Positions 1-11,165 are shown, counted from the first letter of the stretch. The stretch: DNA of 64,000 nucleotides from Arenimonas sp. (GCA_036676665.1 JAKFCL010000092.1:6521-70520), one strand, 5' to 3'. Numbers and translations are program-made. Notes: generated from the sequence alone by a model not told the origin.

Positions 1-782
1 AGCCGCCGGGCGGGTACGGGCTCATCATCTTCGTGCCGGCCTCGCCGGCCTTCGCGCTGCCGGCGGACTGGAAGCGGCCGCTGGACGAACGCGGGCTGAT
101 CTTCGTGTCGCTCCGCGATGCCGGCAACGACGCCGACGTGATCGGCCGGCGCATCCCGCTGGTGCTGCATGCGCACAAGTTCGTCGCCGACCGCTACCGG
201 CTCGATCCGGCGCGCATCCATGTGTCCGGGTTTTCGGGCGGTGCGCGCCTGGCGCAGCGGGTGGCGATGGGCTGGCCGGACGTGTTCGGCGGCAGCCTGC
301 AGTTCGCCGGCAGCGTGATCGTCGGGCAGAGCCGGCTGCCGCCGCCGCCGTCGGAACTGATGCAGCGCTTCCGCCGGCAGACGCGGGTGGTGATGGTCAG
401 CGGCGCGATCGACATGGCCAACCGCCGCAACGATGCGCTCGCCCGCGACACGTTGCAGAGCCTGTGCGCGACGAACGTGCAGACGATCGTGCCGGCGCGG
501 CTGGACCACTGGGTGCCCGACGGACGCGTGCTGGCGAAGGCGCTGGACCGGCTGGAGGCCCCGGCCGCCGCGCCCGACGCCGCGTGCGAAGCCCGGCTGC
601 AGGCGCAGATCGACGGCGAACTCGCCCAGGCCGCCGCCGATGCCGATGCCGGCCGCGACGCCGAGGCCACGGCGCGGCTGCTGGCGATCGACGACCGCTG
701 GGGCGGGCTCGCCGCGCCCGCCTCCGTGGAGCTTGCGCGGCGCCTGCTCGCCCGGCGCGCCGGGCCGGCCGTCACGGATTGA
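1..782 (+). CDS. Alpha/beta-hydrolase (PHB depolymerase/esterase-like), 5'-truncated by the window edge
   Basis: Frame is open from position 3 (PPGGYGLIIFVP...). Nucleophile elbow GFSGG in 'RIHVSGFSGGA' and a late His (LDHW). Confidence 0.7.
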   Translation, partial: PPGGYGLIIFVPASPAFALPADWKRPLDERGLIFVSLRDAGNDADVIGRRIPLVLHAHKFVADRYRLDPARIHVSGFSGGARLAQRVAMGWPDVFGGSLQFAGSVIVGQSRLPPPPSELMQRFRRQTRVVMVSGAIDMANRRNDALARDTLQSLCATNVQTIVPARLDHWVPDGRVLAKALDRLEAPAAAPDAACEARLQAQIDGELAQAAADADAGRDAEATARLLAIDDRWGGLAAPASVELARRLLARRAGPAVTD

Positions 783-806
783 ACGCGCCACCGTCGGCAA
801 CCATAT
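778..806 (+). promoter_or_regulatory. Putative sigma-32 (heat-shock) promoter of hslR
   Basis: TTGAAC (779-784) and AACCATAT (799-806) resemble the sigma-32 -35/-10 consensus, upstream of a heat-shock gene. Confidence 0.45.
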
Positions 807-813
807 CCACCGC

Positions 814-1218
814 ATGACCACTGACGAACTGCTGCCGACCGTCCGCCTCGACCTGTGGTTGTGGGCGGCGCGTTTCCACAAGACGCGTGCGGTCGCCAAG
901 GCGGCCATCGAGGGCCATCGCATCGGGATCGGCGGGCAGGACGCGAAGCCGTCGCGTGCCGTGCGTGCCGGCGACCGGCTGACGATCCGGCGCGGCGACG
1001 ACACGTTCGTCGTCGACGTGCTCGCCGTCAGCGACCGTCGCGGTTCGGCGCCGGTCGCGCAGACGCTGTATCGCGAGACCGACGCGTCGCGCGAGGCGCG
1101 CCAGAAGGCCGCCGCCGAACGCCGCGCCGCGGCCACCGGCTACCAGGCGCCGAAAACCAAGCCCGACAAGCGCGCGCGCCGGCTGATCCAGGCCCTGGGC
1201 GACCTCGACGCGCTCTGA
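814..1218 (+). CDS. hslR: Ribosome-associated heat shock protein Hsp15 (S4 domain)
   Basis: VRLDLWLWAARFHKTR...KPS...KPDKRARR. ATG at 814. Confidence 0.9.
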   Translation: MTTDELLPTVRLDLWLWAARFHKTRAVAKAAIEGHRIGIGGQDAKPSRAVRAGDRLTIRRGDDTFVVDVLAVSDRRGSAPVAQTLYRETDASREARQKAAAERRAAATGYQAPKTKPDKRARRLIQALGDLDAL

Positions 1219-1282
1219 GCACCACCCCCGGCCCACCGGATGCGATCGCCACAGTGCGCTCGACGCCGCCGCGACCGCACGC

Positions 1283-3859
1283 TCAACGCAGCAGCTTGAG
1301 CCGGTACAGCGCCTCGAGCGCCTGCTTCGGGGTCAGGTCGTCCGGATCGATCGCCGCCAGCGCCTCGAGCGCCGGCGACGGCTGCGGCGCGAACAGGCCG
1401 AACTGCAGCGGCGAATCCAGCGCCGCCGGCGACGTCGCCGCGACCGCGACGGGCGCGCCGCGCTGCTCGAGCTCCACCAGGGTGCGCCGCGCCTGTTCGA
1501 CCACCGTGCGCGGCAGGCCCGCGAGCGCCGCCACCTGCAGGCCGAAGCTGCGGTTGGCGGGCCCGTCCTTCACCGCGTGCATGAAAACGAGCTTGTCGCC
1601 GTGCTCGACCGCGTCCAGGTGTACGTTGGCGATGCCGCTGCCCGGCTCGGCGAGTGCGGTCAGCTCGAAGTAGTGCGTCGCGAACAGCGTCCACGCCCGG
1701 TTCGACTGGGCGAGGTGGCGGGCGCACGCCTCGGCCAGCGCGAGGCCGTCGTACGTCGACGTGCCGCGGCCGATCTCGTCCATCAGCACCAGCGACCGCG
1801 CCGTCGCGTGGTGGAGGATGTAACTGGTTTCCGCCATCTCGACCATGAAGGTCGACTGCCCGCGCGCGAGGTCGTCGCCGGCGCCGATGCGGGTCAGGAT
1901 GCGGTCGATCGGCCCGATCAGCGCGCGCGCCGCCGGCACGAAGCTGCCGATGTGCGCCAGCAGCACGATCAGGGCGTTCTGCCGCATGTAGGTCGACTTG
2001 CCGCCCATGTTCGGGCCGGTGATGACCAGCATGCGCCGGTCCTCGTCCAGCACCAGGTCGTTGGGCTCGAACGGTTCGCTGCGCACCGCCTCCACGACCG
2101 GGTGGCGACCGCGTTCGATGCGCAGGCACGGCGTGTCGGTGAGTTCGGGCCGCGACCAGTCCAGCGCCAGCGCGCGGTCGGCGAACGCCGCCAGCACGTC
2201 GAGCTCGGACAGCGCGCCGGCGCAGCGCTTGAGTGCTTCCAGGTGCCGGTTCAGCGCATCGAGCAGCTCGTCGTACAGGCCCTTCTCGCGCGCCAGCGAA
2301 CGCTCGCGCGCGCTGAGCACCTTGTCCTCGAACGCCTTGAGTTCCTCGGTGATGTAACGCTCGGCACCGGTCAGCGTCTGCCGGCGGGTGTAGTGCACCG
2401 GCGCGCGTTCGGACTGGCCCTTGCTGATCTCGATGAAATAGCCGTGCACGCGGTTGTAGCCGACCTTCAGCGTCGGGATGCCGGTGGCGGCCTTCTCGCG
2501 CGCCTCCAGGTCCACCAGGAACTGGTCGGCGTTCGTCGACAGCAGGCGCAGTTCGTCGAGTTCGGCGTCGAAGCCGGGCGCGATGACGCCGCCGTCGCGC
2601 AGCAGCACCGGCGGCTGCGGCATCACCGCGCGGGCGAGCAGCGCGGCGTCGTCGCCGTGCTCGCCCAGTTCCGCCGCCAGCGCGGCGAGCCGCGGCGAAT
2701 CCAGCGGCGCCAGCAGCGCGCGCAGCGCCGGCAGCATCGCCAGCCCGTCGCGCAGCGTCGACAGGTCGCGCGGCCGCGCCGAACGCAGCGCCACCCGCGA
2801 CAGGATGCGTTCGAGGTCGCCGAGGCCGCGGAAGGACTCGCGCAGCGCTTCGTGCGCGCGCGAATCGAGCAGCGTCGCCACCGCGTGGTGGCGTTCGCCG
2901 AGCACGCGGCGGTCGCGCAGCGGCCGGTTCAGCCAGCGCCGCAGCAGCCGCCCGCCCATCGGGCTGACGCTGGCGTCGAGCACGCCCAGCAGCGTGTGTT
3001 CCAGCCGGCCGTCGGTGCGGCTGTCGAGTTCCAGATGGCGGCGCGTGGCGGCGTTGAGCGCGATGCCGTCGTCGGCCGATTCCAGTGCGATCGCCGTCAG
3101 GTGCGGCAGGCGCTGCTTCTGCGTTTCTTCCACGTACGCCAGCAGCGCGCCGGCGGCGGCGGTCGCCAGCGGCTTGTCTTCGAGCCCGAAGCCGGTCAGG
3201 TCGTGCAGGCCGAAGAAACGCAGCAGCTGCCGGCGACACGCCTCGGCCTCGAAGCCCCACGGCGGCCGTCGGCGCAGGCCCGGCAGGCCGGCGAAGAAGG
3301 CCGGCCAGCCGTCCTCGTCCGCGAGCAGGATCTCGGCCGGATCCAGCCGCGCCAGTTCGGCGGCCAGCAGGTCCTCGCCGGCGATCTCCGAGACGAGGAA
3401 GCGGCCGCCGGCGAGGTCGGCCCAGGCCAGGCCGTACCCGCCGCGACCGCGCGACACGGCCAGCAGCAGCGTGTCGCGGCGTTCCTGCAGCAGCGCCTCG
3501 TCGGTGACCGTGCCCGGGGTGACGATGCGCACGACCTTGCGTTCGACCGGGCCCTTCGACGTCGCCGGATCGCCGATCTGCTCGCAGATCGCCACCGACT
3601 CGCCCAGCGCCACCAGCCGCGCCAGGTAACCCTCGTACGCATGCGCCGGCACGCCGGCCATCGGGATCGGCGCGCCGCCGGAGCTGCCGCGCTGGGTCAG
3701 CGTGATGTCGAGCAGACGCGCCGCCTTGCGGGCGTCGTCGTAGAACAGCTCGTAGAAATCGCCCATCCGGAAGAACAGCAGGATGTCCGGGTTCTCCGCC
3801 TTCGCGGCGAAGAACTGGCGCATCACCGGGGAATGCGACGGCGTGTTGTCGCCGCTCAT
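1283..3859 (-). CDS. mutS: DNA mismatch repair protein MutS
   Basis: [20 protein letters not shown] Walker [16 protein letters not shown]. Start ATG at 3859 ([16 protein letters not shown]). Confidence 0.97.
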   Translation of the reverse strand: MSGDNTPSHSPVMRQFFAAKAENPDILLFFRMGDFYELFYDDARKAARLLDITLTQRGSSGGAPIPMAGVPAHAYEGYLARLVALGESVAICEQIGDPATSKGPVERKVVRIVTPGTVTDEALLQERRDTLLLAVSRGRGGYGLAWADLAGGRFLVSEIAGEDLLAAELARLDPAEILLADEDGWPAFFAGLPGLRRRPPWGFEAEACRRQLLRFFGLHDLTGFGLEDKPLATAAAGALLAYVEETQKQRLPHLTAIALESADDGIALNAATRRHLELDSRTDGRLEHTLLGVLDASVSPMGGRLLRRWLNRPLRDRRVLGERHHAVATLLDSRAHEALRESFRGLGDLERILSRVALRSARPRDLSTLRDGLAMLPALRALLAPLDSPRLAALAAELGEHGDDAALLARAVMPQPPVLLRDGGVIAPGFDAELDELRLLSTNADQFLVDLEAREKAATGIPTLKVGYNRVHGYFIEISKGQSERAPVHYTRRQTLTGAERYITEELKAFEDKVLSARERSLAREKGLYDELLDALNRHLEALKRCAGALSELDVLAAFADRALALDWSRPELTDTPCLRIERGRHPVVEAVRSEPFEPNDLVLDEDRRMLVITGPNMGGKSTYMRQNALIVLLAHIGSFVPAARALIGPIDRILTRIGAGDDLARGQSTFMVEMAETSYILHHATARSLVLMDEIGRGTSTYDGLALAEACARHLAQSNRAWTLFATHYFELTALAEPGSGIANVHLDAVEHGDKLVFMHAVKDGPANRSFGLQVAALAGLPRTVVEQARRTLVELEQRGAPVAVAATSPAALDSPLQFGLFAPQPSPALEALAAIDPDDLTPKQALEALYRLKLLR

Positions 3860-4021
3860 AAGTGCTTGATGCCGCTGGACATGCGTGGGGGATTGAACGC
3901 CGGATGCAGGCCGGAAGCTTAGTCGATGGCACGACCGAACGCGATTGGCGCACGCCGGCCCGGTCACGTCGGTTGCACGCGCGCCGGCGGAGCATCGATC
4001 GCGCCCATCGAAGGATCCGCC

Positions 4022-4747
4022 ATGCCCTCCGAATCGCTGCCCGACGCATCGCGGCCCGTTTCGCACGCCGGCTGGCCGCTGGCCCTGTCGTTCGCCTGCC
4101 TGCTGGCCGCGTGCGGCCCGGCGCCGACGGCACCGGCTGCCGCCCCGGGTGACGCCGCCGAGACGCCCGCGGCGGTTCCGATCGACCGCACGCCGGCGCC
4201 GTCCGAACCCTCGCCGCCGCCTTCGCCCGGCGTGCCCGTCGATCTGCCGGCGGCCGACCCGGCCGAGCCGACGCTCCCGCCGCCCCCGACGGGCGCCGAC
4301 CTGCCGTCGCTCACCGTCGGCAACTCGTCGGCGGAATCCACCCGCGGCGCCGATGTCGATTCGCCGATCCTGCGGGCCGTGCGCACGGGCGTGCAGCCCG
4401 GGGCGGACCGCCTCGTGTTCGAGTTCGAGGGCCGGGGGCTGCCGAAGTGGCATATCGAATATGTCGACCGGCCGGTGTACGACTGCGGCGCCGGCGAGGC
4501 GATCCGGCTGCCGGGCGATGCCTGGTTGATGGTGCGGTTTTCCGGGGCCCGCGCCCACGACGATGCCGGGCAGGGCACGACCGGCCCGAAGCTGCGCACG
4601 CTGGACCACCCGAACCTGATCGCGCTGGCGCGGATCTGCGATTTCGAGGCGGAAGTGACCTGGGTGGCCGCCGTGCGCACTCCGAAGGGTTATACGCCGC
4701 GTGTGCTGGCCGACCCGTCGCGGCTGGTGGTGGACATCGCGCACTGA
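4022..4747 (+). CDS. Lipoprotein with Pro-rich linker and C-terminal AMIN-like domain
   Basis: Lipobox LLAAC, Pro-rich spacer, 'VRTG...DRLVFEF...DFEAEVTW...[11 protein letters not shown]'. Confidence 0.7.
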   Translation: MPSESLPDASRPVSHAGWPLALSFACLLAACGPAPTAPAAAPGDAAETPAAVPIDRTPAPSEPSPPPSPGVPVDLPAADPAEPTLPPPPTGADLPSLTVGNSSAESTRGADVDSPILRAVRTGVQPGADRLVFEFEGRGLPKWHIEYVDRPVYDCGAGEAIRLPGDAWLMVRFSGARAHDDAGQGTTGPKLRTLDHPNLIALARICDFEAEVTWVAAVRTPKGYTPRVLADPSRLVVDIAH

Positions 4748-4772
4748 CCGCGGGCGTTGTCATGTGCCTGTA

Positions 4773-4790
4773 ATTCCATGATGCTGGAAT
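4773..4790. promoter_or_regulatory. Putative ArsR operator (inverted repeat)
   Basis: ATTCCA-N6-TGGAAT immediately before the arsR ATG. Confidence 0.55.
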
Positions 4791-4791
4791 C

Positions 4792-5130
4792 ATGGACATG
4801 AAAACCGCCGTGCCCGCCCTCGCCGCGCTTGCCCAGGCCTCGCGCCTGGCCGTGTTCCGGCACCTGGTCGGGATGGCGCCCGACGGCGCGCATCCGACCG
4901 CGATCGCCGAGGCGCTCGCGATCCCGCCCAACACCTTGTCGTTCCACCTCAAGGCGCTGGCGAACGCCGGCCTGGTCGATGCCGAACCCTCTGGCCGCCA
5001 TATCCGCTACCGCGCGAATACCGACGCGATGCAGGCGCTGGTCGGCTTCCTCACCGACACCTGCTGCGGCGGCGATCCGTCGCGCTGCGCGCCGAAAGCA
5101 TCCTCCCTTCAAGCGAGAAAGACCCGATGA
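4792..5130 (+). CDS. arsR: ArsR/SmtB family repressor
   Basis: [29 protein letters not shown]-terminal CC-x6-C ([10 protein letters not shown]) As(III)-site type. Confidence 0.9.
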   Translation: MDMKTAVPALAALAQASRLAVFRHLVGMAPDGAHPTAIAEALAIPPNTLSFHLKALANAGLVDAEPSGRHIRYRANTDAMQALVGFLTDTCCGGDPSRCAPKASSLQARKTR

Positions 5131-6134
5131 GCATCCGCACCGGCATCAACGGCTTCGGCCGCATGGGACGCCTGACCCTGCGCGCCGCCTGGGAAGACCC
5201 GGCGATCGAATTCGTGCACGTGAACGATCCCGCCGGCGACCCGGCGACGCTGGCGCACCTGCTGCGGTTCGATTCGGTGCACGGCCGCTGGGATCGCGAC
5301 ATCCGCGCCGACGCCGATGCCCTGGTGATCGACGGGCGGCGGATTCCGGTCACCCGCAACAAGGAGCTGGCGGCGACCGACTGGTCCGGCTGCGACGTGG
5401 TGATCGAGGCATCCGGGAAGTTCCGCAAGCCCGACGTGCTGCAGCCGTACCTCGACCAGGGCGTCGGGCGTGTCGTGGTGACCGCGCCGGTGAAGTCCGC
5501 CGGCGCGCTCGACATCGTCATGGGCGTCAACCACCACCGCTTCGACCCGGCCATGCACCGCATCGTGTCCGCGGCGTCGTGCACCACCAACTGCCTGGCC
5601 CCGGTGGTCAAGGTCATCCACGAGGGCATCGGCATCCGTCACGGCAGCCTGACGACGATCCACAGCCTCACCAACACCCAGGTGATCGTCGACGCGCCGC
5701 ACAAGGACCTGCGCCGGGCGCGCGCCTGCGGCTCCAGCCTGATCCCGACGTCGACCGGTTCGGCCACCGCGATCGCCGAGATCTTCCCGGAGCTGCGCGG
5801 CCGCCTTGATGGCCTGGCGGTGCGCGTGCCGCTGACCAACGCCTCGCTGACCGATTGCGTGTTCGAGGTCGAGCGCGCCACCACGGTGGACGAGGTGAAC
5901 GCGCTGCTGCAGGCGGCCGCCGATGGCCCGCTGCACGGCATCCTTGGTTACGAGCCGCGGCCGCTGGTGTCGATCGACTTCCTGCACGACCCGCGCTCGG
6001 CGATCGTCGATGCGCTGTCGACGCGGGTCGTCAACGGCACGCAGGTGAAGATCTACGCCTGGTACGACAACGAATGGGGTTACGTGAACCGCACGGCCGA
6101 ACTCGTCCGCCTCGTCGGCGCCGCGGGCGGTTGA
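5127..6134 (+). CDS. ArsJ-associated glyceraldehyde-3-phosphate dehydrogenase
   Basis: [30 protein letters not shown] overlap with arsR and adjacent to arsJ. Confidence 0.92.
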   Translation: MSIRTGINGFGRMGRLTLRAAWEDPAIEFVHVNDPAGDPATLAHLLRFDSVHGRWDRDIRADADALVIDGRRIPVTRNKELAATDWSGCDVVIEASGKFRKPDVLQPYLDQGVGRVVVTAPVKSAGALDIVMGVNHHRFDPAMHRIVSAASCTTNCLAPVVKVIHEGIGIRHGSLTTIHSLTNTQVIVDAPHKDLRRARACGSSLIPTSTGSATAIAEIFPELRGRLDGLAVRVPLTNASLTDCVFEVERATTVDEVNALLQAAADGPLHGILGYEPRPLVSIDFLHDPRSAIVDALSTRVVNGTQVKIYAWYDNEWGYVNRTAELVRLVGAAGG

Positions 6135-6138
6135 GCCG

Positions 6139-7371
6139 ATGTTTTCGCGCCTGTCGCCGGAGGTCCGCCAGTACCTGCTGATCACCGGCAACTACTGGGC
6201 GTTCACCCTTACCGACGGCGCGTTGCGGATGCTGGTGGTGCTGCATTTCCACCAGCTCGGCTACAGCCCGCTGCAGGTGGCGATGCTGTTCCTGTTCTAC
6301 GAAGTGTTCGGCGTCGTCACCAACCTCGTCGGTGGCTGGCTGGGGGCGCGCATCGGCCTATACCGGACGATGAACATCGGTCTTGCGCTGCAGGTGGTGG
6401 CGCTGGCGATGCTGCTGGTGCCGGAGCGCTGGCTGCTGGTCGGCTGGGTGATGGCGGCGCAGGCCCTGTCGGGCATCGCCAAGGACCTGAACAAGATGAG
6501 CGCCAAGAGCAGCATCAAGCGGCTGGTGCCGCACGAGGCGCAGGGCACGCTCTACCGTTGGGTGGCGGCACTGACCGGCTCGAAGAACGCGCTGAAGGGC
6601 GCCGGGTTCTTCCTCGGCGGCGCGCTGCTGGCCGGGGTCGGCTTCCAGGCCGCGGTGGCGATCATGGCGCTGGCGCTGGCGGTGGTGTGGGTCGCCGGAC
6701 TGGCGATGTCGGGCCGTGACCTGGGCCGGGCCGAAGCGAGGCCGAAGTTCCGCGACATTCTCTCCAAGAGCCGCACGATCAACCGGTTGTCGGCGGCGCG
6801 GATGTTCCTGTTCGGCGCGCGCGACGTCTGGTTCGTCGTCGCGCTGCCGGTATTCCTTTCCGAAACCCTGGACTGGGATTTCTGGAAGATCGGCGGCTTC
6901 ATGGCCGCCTGGGTGATCGGCTACGGTTTCGTGCAGGCGGCGGCCCCCTGGGTCACCCAGCGCGGCGGTACCCTGCCCGGCGGCGGCGCCGCATTCGCCT
7001 GGGCGGCCCTGCTGGCGGTGGTGCCGGCGGCGATGGCGCTGGCACTGGTGCAGGGCATGCCGGCGCAGCCGGTGCTGGTCTGGGGACTGGCGGTGTTCGG
7101 CGTGCTGTTCGCGATCAACTCGTCGCTGCACAGCTACCTGATCGTGCGCCATGCCAGCGCCGACGGCGTGTCGCTCGACGTCGGTTTCTACTACATGGCC
7201 AATGCGGCGGGCCGGCTGCTCGGCACCGTGCTGTCGGGCTGGATCTACCAGCGGCACGGGCTGGCGGCCTGCCTGGTGGCGTCGGCGGCGCTGGTGGCAT
7301 CGGCGGCGGCGATCTCGCTGGCGCTGCCGAGGCAGGGGAGCGTTGTGGTGCCCGGGACCGGCGGGCGTTAG
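6139..7371 (+). CDS. arsJ: Organoarsenical efflux MFS transporter ArsJ
   Basis: NYWAFTLTDGALRMLV, KDLNKMSAKS, LTGSKNALKG, DVGFYYMANA. Follows the GAPDH. Confidence 0.92.
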   Translation: MFSRLSPEVRQYLLITGNYWAFTLTDGALRMLVVLHFHQLGYSPLQVAMLFLFYEVFGVVTNLVGGWLGARIGLYRTMNIGLALQVVALAMLLVPERWLLVGWVMAAQALSGIAKDLNKMSAKSSIKRLVPHEAQGTLYRWVAALTGSKNALKGAGFFLGGALLAGVGFQAAVAIMALALAVVWVAGLAMSGRDLGRAEARPKFRDILSKSRTINRLSAARMFLFGARDVWFVVALPVFLSETLDWDFWKIGGFMAAWVIGYGFVQAAAPWVTQRGGTLPGGGAAFAWAALLAVVPAAMALALVQGMPAQPVLVWGLAVFGVLFAINSSLHSYLIVRHASADGVSLDVGFYYMANAAGRLLGTVLSGWIYQRHGLAACLVASAALVASAAAISLALPRQGSVVVPGTGGR

Positions 7372-7433
7372 CCGGGCATTGACTCCCTGCGCTTCGACCA
7401 GGTCGACGACGACGAGCTCGTGCGCGCGCCGCG

Positions 7434-9932
7434 TCAGTCCTGACGCCGGCGGCGTCCGAACAGGTCCCACGCGGCGATCGCCGCCACCGGTGCCAGCACC
7501 GCCAGGACCACCAGGCCGGCCGGCGCCGGCGCGAAACGGAACCACGACGCCGGCCCCTCGAACCGGGTCACGACGAAAAGCACCGCCGCCGCGGAAGCCA
7601 CGACGATCCAGAAGGCCCGGTTGCGCCGCCGCAGCGTCGTCCACAGCCGGTCACCCGGGCGGTTGAGCGCGATCAGCGCCAGGTTTCCGACCACCAGCGC
7701 GGTGAACGCGAGCGCGCCCAGCTGCGCCGGCGGCAGCCCGAGGCCGCGCGCGTGCAGGTAGACCGCCAGCACGGCGAGGAACGACAGCGCGCCCTGGCCC
7801 AGGCCGGCCGACAACGTGCGCAGGTCCAGCAGCCGCTGCGACGCCGGACGCGGCGGCCGCCGCATCAGGTCGGCATCGGGCGCCTCGCGCTCGAACACGA
7901 TCGAGCTCGACGGGTCGATGATCAGTTCCATGAACACCAGGTGCAGCGGCAGCAGCACCAGCGGTTCCCCGAGAAGCAGCGGCAGCAGCGCCAGCCCGGT
8001 GATCGGCACGTGCACCGCGACGATGTAGCGCACCGCGCGGCGGATGTTGGCGTAGATCGCGCGACCCAGCCGGATCGCACCGACGACGGTGACGAAGTCG
8101 TCGTCCAGCAGCACGATCGCCGCCGACTCGCGGGCGACGTCGCTGCCGCGCTGGCCCATCGCGATGCCGACATGGGCCGCGCGCAGCGCCGGGGCGTCGT
8201 TGACGCCGTCGCCGGTCATCGCCACCACGTCGCCACCCTGCCGGAGCGCGCGCACGAGGCGCAGCTTCTGCTCGGGTCGCACGCGGGCGTAGACGTCGGT
8301 GGCGCGGGCGCGGGCCAGCAGCGCTTCGCCCTCCAGCGTCTCCAGCTCGCGGCCGGGCAGGGGGTCGGCGCCGTCGCCGATACCCGCCTGGCGGGCGATC
8401 TCCCGCGCCGTCTGCGGGTGGTCGCCGGTCAGCATCAGCACGCGGACGCCGGCACCGCGTGCCTCGGCGACCGCGCCGGCGACGCCCGCGCGGAGGGGAT
8501 CGGCCAGGCCGACCAGGCCGAGCCACTGCATCGCGAAACTCCTCGGCGACAACGGCAGCGCGCCGGCATCGCCGGGGAAGTCGCCGCGGGCCACGGCGAT
8601 GACGCGCAGCCCGCGGCCCGCCATCGCCGCGACCTCGGCGAGGATCGAATCGCGGATGGCGTCCGGCAGCCCGCACAGCGCGGCGATCGCCTCGGGCGCG
8701 CCCTTGCTCGCCACGGCCAGGCGGTCGCGGCCCGGCACCGACCACACCCGGGTGATGGCCAGCAGGTCGTCGGTCAGCGCGTAATCGTGCACGGCACGGC
8801 GCTCGCCGCGCGCGCAGCCCGCCTGGCTGGCCGATGCGCGCAGCGCGTGCTCCATCGGGTCGTGCGCGATGTCCTGGCTGGCGAGGTCAGCGTGTTCGAG
8901 CAATTCCCGCAGTCGCGGCGACAGGCCGGGGGAGGGCGCGGCGTGTTCGTCGCCGGCGACCAGTTCGGCGACGGCCATCCGGTTCTGCGTCAGCGTGCCG
9001 GTCTTGTCGGTGCACAGCACGGTCACCGCGCCGAGCGCCTCGATCGCCGCGGCCCGCCGCACCAGCGCGTTGTGCTTCGCCATCCGCCACGCGCCGAGCG
9101 CCAGGAAGATGGTCAGCACCACCGGGAATTCCTCGGGGATGTTGGCCATCGCCAGCGCGACGCCGGCCAGCAGCGCGTTGAGCCATTCGCCGCTTCGCCA
9201 GCCGTACAGCAGCACGACCCCCACGGCCGACGCCAGGCCCAGCGTGGCGAACTGCAGCACCACCCGGCGCATCTCGCGCTGGATGCCCGTGGGTTCGCCG
9301 CCGATGCCGGCGAGCGAGGCGCCGATCCGGCCCATCTCGGTCGCGCGGCCGGTGGACTGCACTTCCGCCAGCCCGCGGCCGCGCACCAGCAGCGTGCCGG
9401 CGTACACCGTGCGTTCGGCCGGCTCGCGGGCGGCGGCGCTGCGCCGGACCGGGATCGATTCGCCGGTCAGCATCGATTCGTCGACGTGCAGGTCCACGTC
9501 CTCCAGCAGCCGCGCATCGGCGGGGACGCGGTCGCCCTCCTCGAGCGACACCACGTCGCCGACGACCAGTTCGCCGGCCGGCAGCACCTGCAGCGCGCCG
9601 TCGCGAAGGACGTGCGCGCGCGGGCTGCCGAGTTCGCGCAGCGCCTGCAGCGCGCGTTCGGACTTGTATTCCTGATGCACCGTCATCGCCACGACCAGCA
9701 GCACGGACAGTCCGAGCAGCGCCGCCTCGCGCGGGTCGCCCAGCAGCACGTAAAGGCCCGAGGCGGCCAGCAGGAGCAGCAGCATCGGCTCGCGCAGAAC
9801 GCCCCACACCAGCGCCGGCCACTGGCGCCGGTCGGCCTGCGGCAGCAGGTTGGGCCCGTCGCGGCGCAGGCGCGCGGCCGCTTCCGCCGAGTCCAGGCCG
9901 CGAACCGGCGGGCGCGGCGCCGGCGCGGTCAT
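7434..9932 (-). CDS. Cation-translocating P-type ATPase (type II-like)
   Basis: TGES, PEEFPVV, DKTGTLT, TGD, GDGVND. Start ATG 9932 overlaps the adaptor stop. Confidence 0.92.
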   Translation of the reverse strand: MTAPAPRPPVRGLDSAEAAARLRRDGPNLLPQADRRQWPALVWGVLREPMLLLLLAASGLYVLLGDPREAALLGLSVLLVVAMTVHQEYKSERALQALRELGSPRAHVLRDGALQVLPAGELVVGDVVSLEEGDRVPADARLLEDVDLHVDESMLTGESIPVRRSAAAREPAERTVYAGTLLVRGRGLAEVQSTGRATEMGRIGASLAGIGGEPTGIQREMRRVVLQFATLGLASAVGVVLLYGWRSGEWLNALLAGVALAMANIPEEFPVVLTIFLALGAWRMAKHNALVRRAAAIEALGAVTVLCTDKTGTLTQNRMAVAELVAGDEHAAPSPGLSPRLRELLEHADLASQDIAHDPMEHALRASASQAGCARGERRAVHDYALTDDLLAITRVWSVPGRDRLAVASKGAPEAIAALCGLPDAIRDSILAEVAAMAGRGLRVIAVARGDFPGDAGALPLSPRSFAMQWLGLVGLADPLRAGVAGAVAEARGAGVRVLMLTGDHPQTAREIARQAGIGDGADPLPGRELETLEGEALLARARATDVYARVRPEQKLRLVRALRQGGDVVAMTGDGVNDAPALRAAHVGIAMGQRGSDVARESAAIVLLDDDFVTVVGAIRLGRAIYANIRRAVRYIVAVHVPITGLALLPLLLGEPLVLLPLHLVFMELIIDPSSSIVFEREAPDADLMRRPPRPASQRLLDLRTLSAGLGQGALSFLAVLAVYLHARGLGLPPAQLGALAFTALVVGNLALIALNRPGDRLWTTLRRRNRAFWIVVASAAAVLFVVTRFEGPASWFRFAPAPAGLVVLAVLAPVAAIAAWDLFGRRRRQD

Positions 9933-11155
9933 CGCGATCCCGCGGTCCGCACGCGGTCGCCGTCGCTCAGTCCGTCCGCGGGGTAGAGCACGACCCGTTC
10001 GCCGGCGGCGAGGCCGTCGCGGACCTCGGCCGCCTCGTCGCCGATGCGGCCGATGTCGACATGGCGCCGGCGCGCGCGGCCGCCCTCGACGACGAAACAC
10101 GCCCAGCGTTCGCCGTCGCGGAACAGGGCAGCCAGCGGCACGGCCAGCGCGTCGTCGGCGCGCCACGCCAGGAACTCCGCCTCGACCCGGAACTGGTCGC
10201 CCAGGCCCGGGCGTGTTTCCGGCGGATCCACCAGGTCGACGATGGCCAGCACCCGCTGTTCCTCGACACCGAGCGCCGACACCCGGCTGAAACCGCCCGG
10301 TTCGATCATCCGCACGCGGCCCTGCAGCTCGCGCTCGCCACCCCAGCCGAGCAGGCGCACCGGCGTGCCCGCGCCGATGCGCACGGCGTCGGCCGTCAGC
10401 ACTTCGACGACTACCTCCAGCTCGTCCGGGTCGCCGACCTCGATAACCGGCTGGCCGATGCGCACGGTCGTTTCGCTCTCGACGTGGCGGCGGATGACGA
10501 CGCCGGCGACCGGCGAGCGCAGCGGCAGCTCGCGGTCGTGGCCGGACGGTGCCCCCTGCAGGCGAAGCGCCTCCCGCATGCCGTCGGCGAGCAGCGCCAT
10601 CGTCTCCTCGCGTGCCCGGGCCGAGCGCCATGCGGCCTCGTCGGCGATTGCCTGCGCACGCAGGTCGTCGAGCGCCTCTCGGGCGATCAACCGCTCGCCG
10701 GCCAGGTTCTCGCCGCGGCGCAGGGCGGCGGCGCTGCTCGTGCGCTGGGCGTCGGCGGACGCGACATTCGCCGCGGCGGCGGCCCGTTCGCTGCGGATCG
10801 CCGCCAGCCGCGACTGGGTTTCGGCACGGCTCGCCGGATCGGCGAGCGCCGAACTGGCCGCCCGAAGCACCGCCAGCGTTTCGCCGGCGGCGACCCGCGT
10901 GCCCGGCGCCAGCAGCAACCGTTCGACGATGCCGTCGAACGGTGCGCTGACCACGTATCGTTCGCGCAGGCGCGTGCGGCCGTCCTCGCGGAAGCTCGAC
11001 GACACGGCGGCGCGGGCGATCGTCGCCGTCTCCACCGGCACGGCCCGTGGCCAGAAACCCCAGGCCGCCACGGCCAGCGCGGCCAGCGCCAGCAGGGCGT
11101 ACAGGGGCCGGCGGCGCAGACGTGCCGGGAACGATTCGCGTGGCGGTCCGGTCAT
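9929..11155 (-). CDS. Periplasmic adaptor (HlyD/MacA-like membrane fusion protein)
   Basis: N-terminal TM anchor, lipoyl halves (VSAPFDG, LRSPVAG), helical hairpin, VSALGVEEQRV. Confidence 0.85.
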   Translation of the reverse strand: MTGPPRESFPARLRRRPLYALLALAALAVAAWGFWPRAVPVETATIARAAVSSSFREDGRTRLRERYVVSAPFDGIVERLLLAPGTRVAAGETLAVLRAASSALADPASRAETQSRLAAIRSERAAAAANVASADAQRTSSAAALRRGENLAGERLIAREALDDLRAQAIADEAAWRSARAREETMALLADGMREALRLQGAPSGHDRELPLRSPVAGVVIRRHVESETTVRIGQPVIEVGDPDELEVVVEVLTADAVRIGAGTPVRLLGWGGERELQGRVRMIEPGGFSRVSALGVEEQRVLAIVDLVDPPETRPGLGDQFRVEAEFLAWRADDALAVPLAALFRDGERWACFVVEGGRARRRHVDIGRIGDEAAEVRDGLAAGERVVLYPADGLSDGDRVRTAGSR

Positions 11156-11165
11156 CGTCTTCTCC

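Noticed and set aside
3860-4744. 295-aa N-terminal extension of MutS in the ORF track
   Set aside because: Antisense read-through of the lipoprotein gene. MutS-like sequence begins at ATG 3859.
5127-6134. GAPDH as the glycolytic gapA
   Set aside because: Context between arsR and arsJ indicates the arsenate-detoxifying paralogue.
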